DNA of 64,000 nucleotides from Endozoicomonas numazuensis (GTDB lineage Bacteria; Pseudomonadota; Gammaproteobacteria; Pseudomonadales; Endozoicomonadaceae): NCBI RefSeq assembly GCF_000722635.1, contig NZ_JOKH01000006.1, positions 214,243 to 278,242 of the forward strand, read 5' to 3'. Shown piece by piece: positions 63,107 to 64,000 of this stretch (position 1 is its first letter; each line of letters starts with the position of its first letter). The notes under the pieces were generated by a model. It saw only the letters and a program-made list of their open reading frames with translations, ran no database searches and was not told where the DNA came from. The position numbers and the translations under genes were made by a program.

Positions 63107-64000
63107 AGCCCCCGCTCACGCTGCAGTGGCTTGACGGCCATACCGGAACGCAGACGATTAACACCTGCCGAAACAATGCGATCACCTTCCTTGAGCCCGG
63201 AAGTCACTTCGATACCTGATTGAAAAATGGTACCCACAGTCACCTCAACCGGATTCACCGTATTGTTTTGCTGATCAAATACCCAGACCTGCTCCTTGCC
63301 GGTAGCGTCATCCTTCAGAACCGCAGACAGCGGAACGACAAAGTGCTGACCTGCATTTGAGCGGGGTGAAACTTTAGACAGGTCAAGAGTCAGGGTTGCA
63401 CCCATGCCTGGATAAACGGTCAAGTCTTCAGGAATAGGCATGGTGAACACCACTTCATACGACTGAGTGCCAGGTGTTACCTTGGTGGAGTGCTCTTTAT
63501 AAGTGACCCTGTACTCTGTGCCTGGTCTTCCTGCAAACGTGGCAACTGGTTGATAGTTGCGGTCGATATTTTCCTCACGGACATTGGACACAATACTTTC
63601 TGGAACCTGAATACTGACATCCAGAGTATTACTGCCTTGCAGTATCAAAATGGTTTGTTGTGCCTGTGCAAACTGATAGTTTTCAACCAGTGTCTGGGCA
63701 ACACGTCCATCAAAAGGCGCTTTCAGTACGGTGTATTTCAGTTTGTCATTAGCTAACTGCAAAGCTGCCTGTGCTGATTTCAGCTTGGCATTGGAGTTAT
63801 CCAGCTCAGACTGGGAAACAACTTTCTTCTTACGCAGTGATTTAATCCGGTTATTTTCTGCTTCTGCCAGATCATAATCAGCCTGCCGGGCAGCCAATTC
63901 ATTACGAATATCCCGATCATCCAACTTAGCCAGCAGCTGTCCTTTTTTTACCTCTTCTGCCTGCTTCACTGGAAACTTGACCAGTTCTCCAGGAATACGA
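63103..64000 (-). CDS. RND efflux periplasmic adaptor (membrane fusion protein). Partial: the N-terminus lies beyond the window end.
   Basis: Coiled-coil region plus a beta-barrel region (LKEGDRIVSAGVNRLRSGMAV). The stop overlaps the permease start by 4 bp (ATGA). Confidence 0.88.
   Translation of the reverse strand, partial: RIPGELVKFPVKQAEEVKKGQLLAKLDDRDIRNELAARQADYDLAEAENNRIKSLRKKKVVSQSELDNSNAKLKSAQAALQLANDKLKYTVLKAPFDGRVAQTLVENYQFAQAQQTILILQGSNTLDVSIQVPESIVSNVREENIDRNYQPVATFAGRPGTEYRVTYKEHSTKVTPGTQSYEVVFTMPIPEDLTVYPGMGATLTLDLSKVSPRSNAGQHFVVPLSAVLKDDATGKEQVWVFDQQNNTVNPVEVTVGTIFQSGIEVTSGLKEGDRIVSAGVNRLRSGMAVKPLQRERGL

Overview
The sequence looks like a gammaproteobacterial chromosome. GC content is moderate; a marine, Oceanospirillales-like symbiont or pathogen is a weak guess. 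Five regions stand out. (1) Left end, 1-10274: a complete type I-E CRISPR-Cas locus on the minus strand, in the order cas3, cse1, cse2, cas7e, cas5e, cas6e, cas1, cas2, an AT-rich leader, then an array of at least 19 repeats of 29 bp that runs off the window. Cas6e carries an unusual ~60-aa insertion. (2) 10710-13515: tRNA-Val(GAC), a DUF938-like methyltransferase and uvrB. (3) 13824-19197: an RtcR-controlled RNA-repair module. rtcR (CARF plus sigma-54 AAA+ activator) is transcribed divergently from a sigma-54-type promoter. That promoter drives, in order, a 72-nt tRNA-like RNA with a 4-nt 'anticodon' loop plus a second T-arm-like hairpin, an SPFH/band-7 protein, a minimal nucleotidyltransferase and RtcB. 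There is no rtcA. This operon-encoded tRNA mimic is my top candidate for something not previously described. (4) 20560-47600: a mosaic accessory region full of mobile-element debris. It contains a truncated ISL3 transposase, an IS607-type tnpA fragment, an IS66-type transposase fragment, two ~155-bp MITE-like elements and a palindromic REP-like repeat family. It also encodes secreted and eukaryotic-like proteins: a 880-aa protein with RING/RBR-like C-terminal zinc fingers, a DUF2974/lipase-3-like alpha/beta hydrolase, a patatin-like phospholipase, several secreted hypotheticals, and a 2424-aa giant protein with two AAA_5-type P-loop ATPase modules. The housekeeping genes cysG and a MATE transporter are interspersed. 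(5) Right end: serS, crcB, a methyltransferase, rarA, lolA, ftsK, a C45 Ntn-acyltransferase, a K+ channel, small proteins, a lipoprotein with a (CGATTT)4 repeat at its start, and an RND efflux pair (permease plus a partial adaptor at the window edge).
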